DNA of 64,000 nucleotides from contig OZ336889.1 in the NCBI GenBank assembly GCA_965287045.1, positions 33,976,001-34,040,000 on the forward strand, read 5' to 3'. Shown in pieces: positions 23,601 through 38,228 of this stretch. The DNA comes from Carcharhinus amblyrhynchos (lineage: Eukaryota). The stretch's first letter is position 1, and every line of letters begins with the position of its first letter. The notes beneath the pieces are model-generated. The model was not told the DNA's origin. It made no database searches and saw nothing but the letters and a program-made list of their open reading frames with translations. A program made the translations under genes and the position numbers.

Positions 23601-26600
23601 ACTGAGAAACGAGACGAGGTAGGGGGAGAAACTCGGTGACACAAAATTATATCGGTATTACTAACGTGGACCACACTAAACTGACAAACAATTCTTGCTG
23701 ATTTCTTTGTTGATGTGCCTCATATGATGCTGGCGTTTGCACACTCCTATTTCTGTTTTAAAATATATTTGGGGGGAAAATATAAGACACAAACATGCGA
23801 GGATTTTAAGTGTAAAACATGGATAAGTCCAGTGAAAGCGCAAGATGAATGAACAGTTAACTAGTGGAGCATCTATAGAGAAAAAATAATAAGTAAATAT
23901 GAGCGAAACATTACCTTTTAAATAAACGTACCCCAGAAGGGGAAAGAATTAAATAACCACGCCGGTATTATTTGATAATTACCTACTGTAATTAAGTATA
24001 TCCATTCTTGGATAATCTTAAATGGTAGAAATTAAAATGAAGGTGAGCAGAACCTAAAGTATAAACAAGTGCTTTTTCCTTCCTAAAGATTTGATAGTTT
24101 TGGAGCCAGTGGTTAGGTTCAACTCATAAGGCCATAAGACAGGAGTAGAATTCAGAATAGATTCAACCCCAAAAATAACATAAGTCTCTCGAGAAGTATT
24201 ATAACCAAAGTAAATGTAACATATAAACACTGAACTCTTTAAGTGGTTCCTTAGTTCATTTCAGTTCGATAATACAGTACAATATATTTTTTAAAAATGA
24301 GGAAACGTGCCGGCCTGTTAGATGCAAAGCTCTTAAGGGATGGACTAATTCCTAGCACTTAAGAGAATTAACTCCTTCGGTGTGTGGAATGCCAATGCAA
24401 TGTTTAAAAGCGCTGAATTGCTGATTTTCCGTAGTGAGTTTTACTTTGTGTGAGTCACCCAATCAAGATCAATGAATAGCAACTGAAAGCGAGTCCAAAT
24501 GTTTGGGAGGCTGGAATATTGCTGCTTATTTTTATTGTCTGATAATACACAATTCTAAACGAACCTGCTACTTAACCGATGCTGCGGATTGTAGAATCGC
24601 CGCATCGAACACGGCCTTCATTATCACGAATCTGGACTTCATCATTGTGATCAGTGTGTTGGAAAAAATATAGTTGATTTGCTCCAAGTCATAATTGAGT
24701 TTAGCTTCAGGTAAGGACACGGGGTGGAATTGTGGAATGTCAGCGAGATTTACACCTGTCCTATGGCTTAAACTGACAGGCCTATTGCCTACAGAGATGA
24801 CCACTGGTGCCAGTCTGTCTGGGACTCATCAGCCATACTTTGTAACTTTAAGTGGACGAGACGATCCAAACTAGCTAATAAACATACGTATTGTTTTATC
24901 ACCAGAAACCACACTGGCACAGAAAGACAAATATTTAAGTTTCAAATACTATCATAATTGCTGTGTTTTCTTGTTCTAGATCTTGATTGCTAAAGGGGTG
25001 TGTAGCTGAACTCTTGTTGCCAAATAGAGGGAGGTTGCCCTGACAGCATCAATGGTGATCTATGTCCAAGGTACCCCAAACAAATAACCCTTACACAATT
25101 ACCCAAATGTCCCACCCGATGGACATTTCAGTGTCAAGATATTAACCAGACGTCAAAGGAATCCTGTTCAACCGCACACCCCTCTTTTCCAACTCGTCAC
25201 ATCTGTTGTGCACGGTGAACACATTACCACTTCGCAGGGGCCGTTGCCATCCTATAGGGCTGTTGAAAACATTCATCACATTGGTCAAAGTGGAGCCAGG
25301 CCACTCAGCCACCGTATTCACACACAAGTAGCCTAATGATTCCATTAAGCTAGACCAAACCGTTCTGGATCAGTAAGCACATGAGAGGCTAGAGAAACTA
25401 ATGCCCCCACTGTCACCGTCATTTAAAGATTTCAGGAAAATACCACCTGACATCCCAACAACTGTCCTTCACCAGACATTCATTACTTGTCTTTCCGCTC
25501 CACCACCCGCCCCCCTCCCCCGCGCCCACCCCTCTCCTGCCGCCCCCCCCCCCCCCCCCCCCACCAGCCAGAGTAGCATAATCCCATAAAGCGCCTCATA
25601 TTTATCTAACTACACTTCTTGAAACACTTTCTCCAAATATTTACCAACGGACTCGCTTTCTCCAATTTGCTCCTCCGGAATTATGACCTCAATTTTTTTT
25701 TTGAACTAATTTTCACGTAACAGTATAGCATGTTGTAACATGCATTTTACATTTTCAGGATTTACACCAATTGTTTGCGAAATGCTTCACGTATTTTCAG
25801 CTTTATCGAACCTCATTTCAAAATAATCCTTTGAAACTTCACATTCACATCAAAATAATTATTTCACACTCCCACTAACAAGACACAACATAATCACATT
25901 TGCAGTTTGGAGCATTGCCACGTTAAAACCTTCATACGTAGAATTTTTGAAATGTTAGTGTTTTTCTGACCTCATTGACAAAATAAATGTATTTACCTGT
26001 TGATTGATCACTACATTATGTTTATCCTCCAGTTAGTGCATTGCTCGGACTGATTTTGCTTTTGTTAAAGTCAGGGTATGTTATGCAGAATAATTATTGT
26101 TAACTGGCTCATTGTGGACCAGTAAACTCTGCTTTCAGGGATGGATCAGTAAAACAGAAGTGGCACTTTGTGCATGGCGATTAATCCGGTTTTAATATAT
26201 CGATTGTCAAATTATTCATTATTCATTTGAATTCAATTGTTCAATGCATCATTTGATGATAATGAATTCGACGCGAAGAAAACATATAATTAAAAAGCAC
26301 AACCTAACAATCGGGAAAAGAGGAAAATATATAGTAAGGTTGTTTAACATTAGTGTTGGCATTTGTAAATCAGAACTCTGCCTGTGTGTGAGAGAGAGAG
26401 ACATGACGAGATTATTTAAGCAAACAGAACTACTAGGCCAATATCATTGTGTGATTCATATCTGCAACGCCTCACACATTCGCAATAAAGTCCTTTAGAA
26501 CTTATTGTTCCACCACAAGAGACAAGATATGTTGCCATTTACAATTCATTGCCAATTGGACCAGAAAATTCTACTATCATTTTCAATATCTGTCTCCTTA

Positions 26601-28743
26601 ATAGAATATAACTTTGTCATTTGCATGAATCATAGTCACTTTACGTTAGAGAAGAACAAGTTATATTTTCAGCATTTTACATATCGATGTAATAATAGTT
26701 AACAATCTTACCATAATCGTACAATATGATTTTAATGTAGGAACCCTGTAAATGTGAAACAAACAATGAAGAATGTTGTTACATTCGGATCTAATTTTCA
26801 TAACGTACAAGGAATAAGGTGAGCTCTGTCTTAGATGTTTGTTCAATAGACACAACTTTAAGGGCCACATCAAAATGGAGCATTTTCAATTCTTTACATC
26901 AACAACTAAGATTTTATAGACTTTGGGTTTTTTCAATAATAAGGGAGATGTGAATAATGATAAAACAGTAAAAATAATGACATGTCACTGACTGCTCAGA
27001 GCTGATGGCTCAATCCAAAGAAACCCAGATTGCCTCACAAAGATGCAGCTCTGCTATGAAAACTTTCGCACTTACTGTTTAGCTGCAATGATAAGTTATT
27101 GTTGTTTACGCTCCGGCACCATTTTAACTGCTAACTATTAATTTCTAGACGTGTACCATTTCCAGCTTTTGAATTCTTAAAAGAGAGTGAAGAAAGTTAA
27201 AACAGCTTTAATAGGGGCCGCTGTTGCTGAGGTCCTGATGGAGTTCTCTTCCTCCAGCAATATAATGGATTTAATTACACCACTCTCGCAATCAAGATCT
27301 ATAACATAGAAAATGAGGAGAATGTGAATATGATCACATTCGTGGAAATCTCTAAAAAAAATGCAGCCCATTACTAATCTCCTTCTTTGTTCCTTTACAA
27401 CACGAATGATGTCAGAGTCCAGCTGTTTAAGCCTGTTTATCTTCTTAGATGTTGCAGATTTTCCCCAGAACCATTACAAATCTTCTAAATGAATAAATAC
27501 CTGCAGGTTTGATGCCATGAAAATTATTCCTGCACCCAGAACCTACCTCCACAGCTCTTTATTTATCTGTGATCCACCTATAGATAAATCTTGCACTATT
27601 TACTGTACAAGTTTATATACTTACTCCTAGGCTATATTAAGGTTGCTTGAAAGTCTTCAGTCAGGCTAAACCTGGGACAGCTGACAGCGCCCTCAATTCA
27701 GTGGAGAGATATTCAATGAATTGTGAAGTTTCTGAATTTGCACAGCAATCGGAACATTATTTATTACCGGCGCCTTAAATGATTTGGAATGTCTCATTCT
27801 TATAAGGAAAATAAAGTCCATACTTTAACGTTTTGTTGCCTGAAGCTGGTTTTAAAAGGAATATGTATATACCTCTTTAATTCAAATCATGAGGCGTATT
27901 AACCCGATACATTTTCTCAGGGAACCGGATCCGACGTTAGAAAGGGCAAGTTCGCGGAAAGGTGTGGAAAAAAGCTACTGCTGCCTTTTGTACAAGTTTA
28001 AATTCTGTCTTTTTTTAGTCAATTATTCTAATAGCAAAACAACATTAAGGGACACGGCATGCTTTAAATCTTCCCAAATATTCAATGCTTGGTCCTCCAA
28101 GTTATTTTGAGGAGGGTACAGGGTGTTTATGTATAAAACAAGTGGCGAGTGATTTCGCATAATGCTCAACGTCATTTCAAAATGTGAGAGCTTGCCAATC
28201 TTTTTTTTTAAAGTTAAGCCATATCTGTTTAACAGCTGCCTCCACCCCAGTCTCCCCCAATCCCGCGGAGGCAGTGAGGACTCATCTTGCTGGAAAAGGT
28301 GAGAGAATCTCGGCGTGCTAGTGGAAACACTCTTCACACGATCCCGCCAGATAAAGTCACTTTTTGTTTGGGGTAATGTGTGGGAGAGCTCAGTAAGGAC
28401 ACGAGTCCCCGCACTTTGGAACATGATAAGGCAACTCCGAAGACAGAACAAATTAAAAGTGCAGCCATTTAATCAAAAACTTATTAACCCGCACAATGAT
28501 TCTAGTGCCTTATAGGAAAAATCAAAGCTTAGGTGCACATGCAGTTCTCCCCCCTCCCACCCCCCACCCGTTCATAAATAACTCGGACGTGTAAAAGCAC
28601 AACAGATGAATAAATCCTACACGTTATTGAGTGGACATTGTTGTAGCGAAGCTTTGAAGTTTCATGTTTAATGGGGAGTAAACAATTTTCTTTGTATTAT
28701 AGTACATCTGTACAGGTGTGTTTCTGTGCTTAGTACAGAAGTT

Positions 28744-29030
28744 AAAGTAAAGTTTATTTATTGGACCAGAAGTGGGCTCACATTCATACTGTAATGAAGT
28801 TACTCTAAAAATCCCCTGGTCGCCACACTCCGGCGCCTGTTCGGGTACACTGAAAGGGAATTTAGCATGGCCAATGCGCCTAACCTGCACATCTATGGAA
28901 TGTGGGAGAGAAACCGGAGAACCCCGGGGAAACCCACACAGACACAGGGAGAACGGGCAAACTTCACGCAGACAGTGACTCAAGCCGGGAATCCAATCAG
29001 GTCCCTGGCGCGGTGAGGCAGCAGCCGCCC
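28744..29030 (-). mobile_element. SINE, same subtype as 84-364
   Basis: Shared tail AAAGTTTATTTATT...GAAGTTACT...CGCCACACTCCGGCGCCTGTTCGGG and shared body. Confidence 0.85.
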
Positions 29031-29894
29031 TACAGCTGTCGTCAGCTCTCGCCAAAATGCTTTATAAATCTTATCGGCAATTGGAGAAAAGCCAGCAAGG
29101 AAACTCTAGTTTCAACATTTTCATCAATAATTTACGTTTTCTTTTATCTTCCGGGTTTTTTTGTTGGGCTTCCCACTTTGAAACCAGGTTAAATACGATG
29201 ACAATTGTTCTCCGCATGCCACATAGGTTTAGGCGCTAATTCTAAAAATTGGGCGCCGTCCCAGATGATTCCGCGAGAGACAGTCACACATAATGTGAAA
29301 ACTATGCAGGTGACAATACTGAACTCCACACTCCGCCTAAAAGCAAAGCGGCGTTTTACTGAGAGCTGGAGCCACATTTTCGATGTTAATTTCCGCAAAA
29401 TGTCCAAGCAGGATGCAAAGTTAAACTGGGAAAATTATAACAGGAAATAAACCCTTCACGGATGGGGAAAGTGCACAAGGGAGTAAGCTATATGCTCGAA
29501 CTGAAATGAAACAGAGTACAGGAGTGCTGTAACTGAAAGTGGCTGATTGAAAAATACGCAGGGTAATAACTATTTGGCAAAGCCAAGCATAGGTCTGACC
29601 ACCAGAGAGGAAGATTAACAAATTTGAGTTGTTGTGGATTTTGGCTGGGAATGAAACAAACATTAAATTCATTTAAACTTGTCAACGTTTAAAACCCGCT
29701 CCCGCCCAATAACGAGTCAACTATAACTGGGGAAATACATAAGAGAGGCCCAGACACCATGGGTTTGTTTATTTTGAGGGACACCCTCATAAATGTTTTT
29801 TCCATTGTAACCAACCCACATTATCCAGCCGATTTCCCTCCATGTAATATGTTCTGAATGATTACACACGTTACCTGGGGAAGTGCTGGGATAC

Positions 29895-30180
29895 TGGTAT
29901 TGGCACTGGGCTAATAGAGACGCGGAGAATCTGATCCCAAGGTTCAAATCCCGCCACTGCAGTTGTTGACATTTGGATTCAAAAATCTGGAATTAAAAGT
30001 CTAACCATTAAATCATTGTCGATTGTTGTTAATAAACCCCGTCTGATCCACTAGTGTCCTTTCAGGGAGGGAAATCTGCCATCCTTATCTGGTCTGGCCT
30101 ATACTAACTGCCTCCTTCAAGGGTAGTTTGGAATGGGTGATAAGTGCTGGCCCAGCCAGCGATGCCCACGTCCCAAACAA
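29895..30180 (+). mobile_element. Second SINE family (Deu-SINE/SacSINE-like, name tentative)
   Basis: B box GGTTCAAATCCC, core CACTAGTGTCCTTTCAGGGAGGGAAATCTGCCATCCTT, tail TGCTGGCCCAGCCAGCGATGCCCAC. Confidence 0.6.
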
Positions 30181-33100
30181 AAACAAATATTGCGTTCATG
30201 TGTAGGCAGCAGCCGGCTTCAGTCCCTGGTGCCGTGTTCTGTGCCACTTGGAACAACAACTGGCAGCGACACTTGCTGCTTTTGCAAGTATCCCCTTTCC
30301 CGGCATATGTAGTTGAATGTGTTTCACATGTCTTCTATGCATGGTCGCAGCCGGGATTCTTTCAGTGGCTAAGTGTTGAATCCACCCAGATCAGGTGGAG
30401 TGCACATTGAAACCTGAGTATTGTATTATCGATTTTATGAAACCTTAATTCAAGTCAAACAAAGCATTGACTAGTAGTAATGTAACAAGTGCTATCTGTG
30501 GTCAAATGTTTAAGTATCGCATGAAAGAAAATGATTAAATTCTCGGCAGGAAGCTGTCGTATGACATATGATTATATGTCCATAAGTTAAAGAACCCCTA
30601 GAATTATACATTACACTGTACGTAGTTTTGTGATATTTCAATACACTTCGTTCAAACAATCAGCTGTTGAAGGCGCCATGTGGATATCTGCTATCCATTC
30701 AGATCATTGTGGAACCATGCACAGATTCAATGGTTACAGCGGCGAGAACATAAGTTAACTGACCTTCATCATTCAACTCCCCCGCCCCTCTTTCGCTCTC
30801 ACACGACAGAACGAGAGGCAGACTGGGAGACAGGGGAACAGACAGAGGGATAAACAGAGACATATAGAGGGAGAAATAGCGAAGATGTCTGCGCGCAGCA
30901 TTGTACAAGCAAAAATTCCTGGCTCCAAAATTCCCCCCCTTCCCAATCAATTATTAACCAGCAAATTGGCTCCAGTGTCCAATGTACCCATGGATTTTCT
31001 GTGTCATTAATATCGGGGGATGGAGGGGGTGGGGGTTGTGGGGGGGGGGGCGGGGGGAGGGGATGGGGACATCACACTCAGAGTTGCTGGCACATTCACA
31101 TCGAGGGATCCATTTACGTTTCCCCAGATATAACATCACATTCCATGAAGATGCAAGCTGGGGAGGGAGCGTGCATCTACCACCAGTCCCAGACATTTCA
31201 CACACTTCGCATTCTTTCTGTGGATAGCAGTGAGATGCAGTCGATACTGTAATTTAAGAACAGCCGATTTAGGGATTATGATTACATTAAACACGGTTGA
31301 AAGATGGGAACGTGCTTGCCCTAGTTTTTTTTGCACTTGGGGATTTGACTTTGGCATTCGCTATCATCTCACGCAAGCATTCCATGGGTGCTGACTGCAA
31401 GACGTGGTCACGTTACATCATGTGGACACCGTGGCCAGTTGTCGGTTACACTGTCAGGCTGTCGAACCCGATTATGAGAAGTTTATAACCGTTCCTGCAA
31501 ATTGATCTCCGCATCGCAAATTTATGATTTGTTTTTCTAACAACTGGCGGTGCCGCGTATTAAAATAAAAACCTCTGGGTTAATATTAATCATGCTCCAG
31601 TCAAGAGGGATGGGAATAGGATATCAGGGAGCGGTGACCAACATGCTATCAAATGCCACGATTACATTGATTAATCGGTTTCCATCTAGTTTTTCACGGA
31701 GCCAACTCTTGCAAAGTTGCATACCATTCACTGATCAATAAGGCCGCATCTTTTCACAGACATATACATCAGGGCGCCATTCTTTCAAAGCCAATTCTGT
31801 ACAATATCCATTGTACCATTTTAGACATCCTATTCGTTTCTGATTGGGTCTCTGATGTGCTATTTGCTGTGAATGTCGTTTCTGTTAACTATCAAAGACA
31901 CGCATGCCTTTTTTCCCCCAATTTGCATTGACAACCTGGCTATAATCGCCAGTACATCTATCGCTCTTTAATGTTTAAGTAAGACATAAGCCGACCAAAA
32001 ATCAGGAGCCCAGAAAGTTGGCTTCAGTGCGCCAAACGCGCTCTCTGTTCATGTTAACCCTGATGTGGGTATGCTTAACCCTACCACTGCCCCAAGCAGC
32101 CTTCAGTTCATCAGTTAAGGGTAACACTGGGACAGTCGGGGAAACGTGGACTCGGGGTCACATCAGTCTCTTTTGATCATCCACACCAGGCATGTGAAAC
32201 AGAGGTCACACGTTCTCATCTCGAATAAATCGCAGTCGACAGCACCAACTGTTGGGAGTTTCCTGGTCATGCTATACTTTCCGCCGTTCCTCACGTATGC
32301 CCACTGCCACGCCGTGCAACCCCCCCCCCCACCCCCACCCCCCCATACTTTAGCAACAGGACTGATGGCGAAATTCCGTGAAAGACATCTGCCCCGCAAA
32401 CTGAGCCACCGGGCGGATTTCAGGTTATCACTACTGACGGGAGGGGTGAGTGTGGGGAGGGTGGGGGTAGAAGGGTGAAAGAGAGCCTGGCCATGAATGG
32501 CAAAAAATGAGTCTGTGTCAAGTCACGGCTCTAGTGTATTGGCTGTTAACCCTGTCGGCACCTCTCTGTCTCTCTGTGACACTAACCAGGCACGGGGGGC
32601 GAAGGTGTCCTTGAATGGCGGTTACTATTTGGACCTTTGCACGCTTGCAAACTTCCACAAAGTGACTGGATTTTGAAAACCAAGAAATTTCAGGTTTCAA
32701 TAATTAGAAACCTGCGCGCGAACCGTCCTTAAAATACAATAACACGTCCAAAGAGTTTGCTGTACAATTGAACCAAAAATCTGCGCATTTTATTTTCATT
32801 GTGATGTGATGCCAGGATTGTTGTCCCACCTGAACACACAAGTTTAAGGATATCTAAGCACGGCAGTTACCTTGCCAGCTCTTTCTGAGTAAAGATGTCT
32901 TGCTGTTCGTTTTAGAATTTGACGCGGAAATCTTGCATCTGGTGTCGCCACATCTTTGATTCTCTGGCGTAAATCTGTTATTATTTTAATAGTTGATTAT
33001 AAATCGTATTGCTACTTCGTTTAAAGAAATACCGACTAGAGGGAACTTTCCCTGGAAATAAAGTTCCCTCTGGGACGACACGCTGAGGAAATTACCTCAA

Positions 33101-35334
33101 CAGATGCGCTCTACATCGGAAATTTCATTGACTTGTTAGGGGTGGTTTAAATATATGCACACTGAAGATATGTATCTGTGACCTGGAGTAAAGCTGTCTC
33201 AATGCTTACCCCCCTCCTCTCCCCTCAGTACCCTCCCCCCCCCCCACAACTACCACCACCACCACCACCCCCTCCCCCCAACAAGCAACAACAGATTACT
33301 GAAGGTGAAACGTGAAATATTTCAGGTATGGGGGGGTCAAAAGTTCACCCCCCAGCCCACTCCACCCCCGAGTTACACACTTGCTAGAAGATGATTTTTT
33401 TTTCAAAGGATGCGTTTGGTGATGGACTGCTGGGGTTAAGAGGGTTAGAATTTTATTCATTTGTACAAGATTGGAAGAACTTCATTCACTCGCCCGGAGA
33501 ACGGGTTTTTTTTTTCATTCGAGTTTGATATCAGAAAGCAAACACGTTTTGTTGCAACGAGATTCACTGCTTGTCTCTCAGGGAGACGCGCAAATCAAGC
33601 TCAAATGACTTGCTACTTATACTCGTGTTCCATCGCTGAAGGTGAAAGTTGACATACCTGGTAGGCTAGGGTGGTTTGCGGTTCCGATGCAATCTAAAGA
33701 AAATGCGCTAAAATGAATAACGCACATCTAAAACTTCCGATCTAGCGAAGACCACAATGACAATATAAAGGCTTGGAAATAGTTTGAGCATTATTCATTT
33801 GGAGGCTACGACAAGCAAGTTTATCATCTAATCTGCTTCTAGACGTGCTCACCCTTTTCTCTATATTATTGGCTAAACCGACAACCTAGAAATGCTTCTG
33901 ATGTCGTTCGACTAGAGTGCGATTGAACACCTTAAACTAATGCACCTTCAACCTACAATCAGATTCAACACGCATTTACTCAAAACACCGACAGGAACTA
34001 TACGTATAATTTCGGCGCATACCAAAATATTGTATATTCTATGTGCAAATGAGACATAAATATTTGAACTTCATTTTGTTTTAAATTGCGTGGATCGCAA
34101 ATCTTTTTTCCCCCCACAAACGTTTTGTAAATCCAACCAAATTTTAATATTTGAACAGGAGACTGCTCACCCAACTGCACCATAACTATAACTGAAGAGT
34201 TATTATACAAGACTGATCCTGTGACAGGTGACTGGCATGAGCTGAACTGGCCATGTGCGATGTTCTCTGTCACTGCACAAAATAATGGCATTATGTGACT
34301 GGATTGATATAGCACGGAGAAGTGCTATATCAAATTCTGCATGGTGTATTACGAGCGAATTACGAATAGGAAGTATTTAATCGTGCACCTACATTTTAAA
34401 ATTGGCAGGAGGACATATAAACACTCTGCTAAATGGACAAGTAAAGATAACGAAGAGGGTGAACATTTGGCTATGTTCCCTTTTATAATCAGTGCCGTTA
34501 TGAAATAGCCAATAGGCAATAACTGAATCTTTTAACTAGATGGTCACGTGCTTATACTGGTATTTTATAAAAACAAAACATTCGAGTGGGTTCCGTTAGC
34601 GTAAAACGAAATTAAAGTTTCTGCATCTGAATTCTACGTTCCAAATTATGCCGAATAGATTTACTTGTAAAGTGTATCCATCATTATTTCTGATCAAACC
34701 CTACACAGCTTCATATCACAGGGACGGCCCTATACTTCTTAATGTCCTTCATCATAGATGATTGATTAATTAGGCGGTCTGAAGTTCTTTTTTTACGCAA
34801 CCAGTCTCACATTATCTTTATACGACCCATTAATGCATCTATAAATCCAAAAACACAGTTTGAAAGATTGTGTCATACCTTAAATATAAAACAGGTTAAA
34901 ACTACCAAAGCCATGAAGATTACAAGATCAATTTAAGAAATGGACTATTGTGTCTCTGTGTTGGCATTGTTATGTGGTATACCAAAGTGCTTGATTGAAG
35001 GATATAAACGGTAATCGGTTCTTCCCCTTGAAGAAGTTGTTTTGCATTTTTCATTCATGCTATACTGTTTACAAGGCAAAGGCCTCCAGTCGCATCTCTT
35101 GATTTTCAATTCCAAACTTACTGGTCAGATAAAGGCAAAAGAAAAGGCATCGATTGTTTAAGTAGAATGTCCCCGCCGTTGTCTTTATTTTTGTCTGTGC
35201 ATTGTATATCCTACTATTTCCTGTCAGTCTGTATAACCCTTTTTCAATTATAGATTCCATAATTTGGTAAAGGTTATTGGGGAGTGTGCCTATGGCTTAG
35301 GGCAGTCTGCATCTCTACAACATAGACAGTCAGG

Positions 35335-35617
35335 GGTGCCTCTCAGCTTCAGGGAGCTGGGTTCGATTCCCAGTTTGGGTCACTGTTTGTGTGGAGTTTG
35401 CATGTTCTCCCCGTGTCTGCGTGGGGTTCCCTCCAGGTTTTTCCCACAGGTTGATTGGCCATGCTAAATTGCCCCTTAGTGTTCCTGCATGTGTAGATTA
35501 GAGAGATGCGGGGGGCGGGGCGGGGGGGGGCACTGTGGGTTACAGGAATAGGGCCTGGATGGGATTGTTGTCGGTGCTGACTAGGTGGGCCGAATGGTCT
35601 CCTTCCGGGTTTCTATG
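35335..35617 (+). mobile_element. HE1-like SINE
   Basis: GGGTTCGATTCCC B box, shared body and CR1-like tail. Confidence 0.8.
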
Positions 35618-35624
35618 TCTAGTA

Positions 35625-35641
35625 GCAGCACCTAGTGGTCA
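35625..35641 (-). promoter_or_regulatory. CTCF-like motif (reverse strand TGACCACTAGGTGCTGC)
   Basis: Match to the CTCF core on the minus strand. Confidence 0.5.
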
Positions 35642-35912
35642 CATTTGGCGGTCACAATAATTCTACAACGTTTCCAACACAGCAATAGCCACCGCGCTTC
35701 TAAAATATTCAATTCGGACTCCCTGATAGCCTCCTTCTTTCTGTCAAGAGTCGAGACCATGGTTATTTTGCTATGCCAGTGTTTTAATAATAGGGCAAAC
35801 TCACAGCAGGGAAGATGAGGGCGAGAAGAGAAATATCACCGATTTACACATTTGGAAATAAATAATCAAATAAACAAAAGCTGGAGGAGAAAACACCCAA
35901 CTACACTATAAC

Positions 35913-36030
35913 ATAAAAGCAAAATGCTGCGGATGCTGCAATCTGAAACAAAAGCAGAGAAAACTGTAAAAAAAAACTCAGCAGGTCTGGCAGCATCTGG
36001 AGGGAGAGAAACTAGATATTTCAGTTCTCA
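35913..36030 (+). mobile_element. Penelope-like terminal-repeat fragment (one arm)
   Basis: AAAAGCAAAATGCTGCGGATGCTG...CTCAGCAGGTCTGGCAGCATCTG...GAGAGAAAC; homologous to the arms at 47.1 and 49.65 kb. Confidence 0.6.
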
Positions 36031-38197
36031 TTGTCAGAACCAAGCAGTTCCGCAGTACTGACTTCAGAAGCTGTTTTTCTTTCTGCACGCCTTCCCCCTC
36101 CCCAAACTGGATTGAAATTTTTCAACACGTCAGCATGTTTTATCTTGTGTTTTAAGAATTCGCGTGGTTTCCCAAGTACGGTGAATTTTGGCCATTTTTC
36201 CGCCTATGGTTGATGCGCCTGCCGATAACGGGCATGTCAGAGAGAGAGGATAAGATGAAGCATTTGTTTTCAAGTTAGGAGCAGGACAACTGTCCTCCCC
36301 TCTGGTACACATGCATCACATGCACTTGGCTTTGGCGGTCAAGTCTCTGAGAGTATGGGCATGTCGAGATAGTCTGGGCTAATCCAGTCAATGGTACCAA
36401 TGTGATGAGAATGGATGGCACCAAGTTACATACAAAACACAACAAAAAAAAACTATCAGCTTTGAAGTTACGCAACTTTTAATGAAGTCACTTAGCCGCT
36501 CTCCCTCTCTCTCTAAATGTGTGTGTGTGTGTGTTATCTGTGTGTGCCCGCAAGCAAAACATTTCCAAAATAAGATTTAAAGTCATTTTCTGACAGGGAA
36601 AGGCAGCAAAATTGTATTCAAGAACAAAGTATTAACAATACGGTTTCGAAATCACGTTGATGTATTCGAATTTAAAAGTTGTATCCGTGCCAACCTATTA
36701 GAATTATCACCGTGAGAACACGATGTTCACACTGTGCAACGATTGCAGGGTTGGAAAAGAAAAAGGTGTGGCGGATTTAGTGCACAATAAGGAAGATGTT
36801 GTGCTTATTTTAAAACAGCACCACCCGGAACATGTAGCGCATCCCTTACAAGCGACCTAACACATTGGACAAAAATAGCGTACAGGGTAAGCACACAAAT
36901 ATGTAAATCTAAGCAAGTGAGTGCCAACAGATAGAAACACATGCGAATCCCATGCGTTATACTTTATACAAGTCCGCCGCTGTCTGAAAAAGCGAGAAGG
37001 GCTAACTGTCCTGGACGCAACCCGTCATGACACATTCCGAATTAACTAGTGAGATGCACTTAAAAAGTGAACGCTTCATTATTGGATTGTGCAGACATTA
37101 TTCTTCTAAAGCTATTACCTAATGGTGCCTTTCTAACCTGTAAATCCAGTTATTGACTCGCGAAAGTCATTTATGTGATTTGATACTGTACGGCTTTCAT
37201 TTGTTCCTGAAAGTTGTTTGTACTTTGATAGATTCCAGAGTGATGCAAGGGGTTTGCTCGCCCTTACCTGGGACATCAAAGCGGCTGATTTACTCCGAGA
37301 AGCCACTAATTATTTCAACCTTGGTGCTGAAATGGAGCGCAGTTATTCGCTCTTCGCTTTTTATTACATCTGAATAATTGTTGGTGACTGGAGCCGATGA
37401 GGAAACCTATGGGGGACTTTCAGCCGACATTGGTGTCTGGGCTGTTGACAAACCTGTCGAACTTGCCACCTCATGGTAGCATTAGATTTTACTGCAATAA
37501 TAAATGCTGCCAATTCAAAATCCGTGCTTGTGCAAATATTCATTTCTCCCATTATGTAATTGGCATGAGTTAGTCTGTTGGATGGTTGGTTGAGGGTATA
37601 TGACAGGTTGTGGAGGTAAACGGCAGTCTTCAGTATAACTTCATCAGCAAAATATGCTGTCTTTAAATTAATCTGCCACAACTTTCATTTCCCCAGTTAC
37701 TGATTACTGAATAGAAAGGCGGCGCTTCCAATTGGTTGGACAAATCGATTCGTTTTGGTCTAGTTTGATACTAATCTTTGTAAGAAATGGCACTTCGATA
37801 ATTTTATTTTATTAAATCGGTCAAGGAATATTCTTCAATCCAGAAATAGTTTCCTGGCGTTTGGGTTCCTTCCTGGGCAGGCATTTCCTCGGGGATAATG
37901 TTAGGTATTGTTTCACCAGACTACTATAAATTTACACGCCGGAATGCAGCCTTTGATCGCAAGCATATCTGTACCCGGCTCTGACAGTTAAAAAATGCAG
38001 ACCTGTTTGGACCTCATTTAACTGCCATCAGTAAACTCTCAATAAGGTCATTCAAACTGAAAATCCACTTTTGTTCGGGGCTAGAGGTGGGCGCAAGGTC
38101 GCATCGAAGGTAACGTGTCCGAACTCAGGTATTCATTACACAAGATAGTCATTAAAAACTCCTTTCTTTAATCGACACGCAGTCATTGACAGTTACC

Positions 38198-38228
<31 letters not shown>

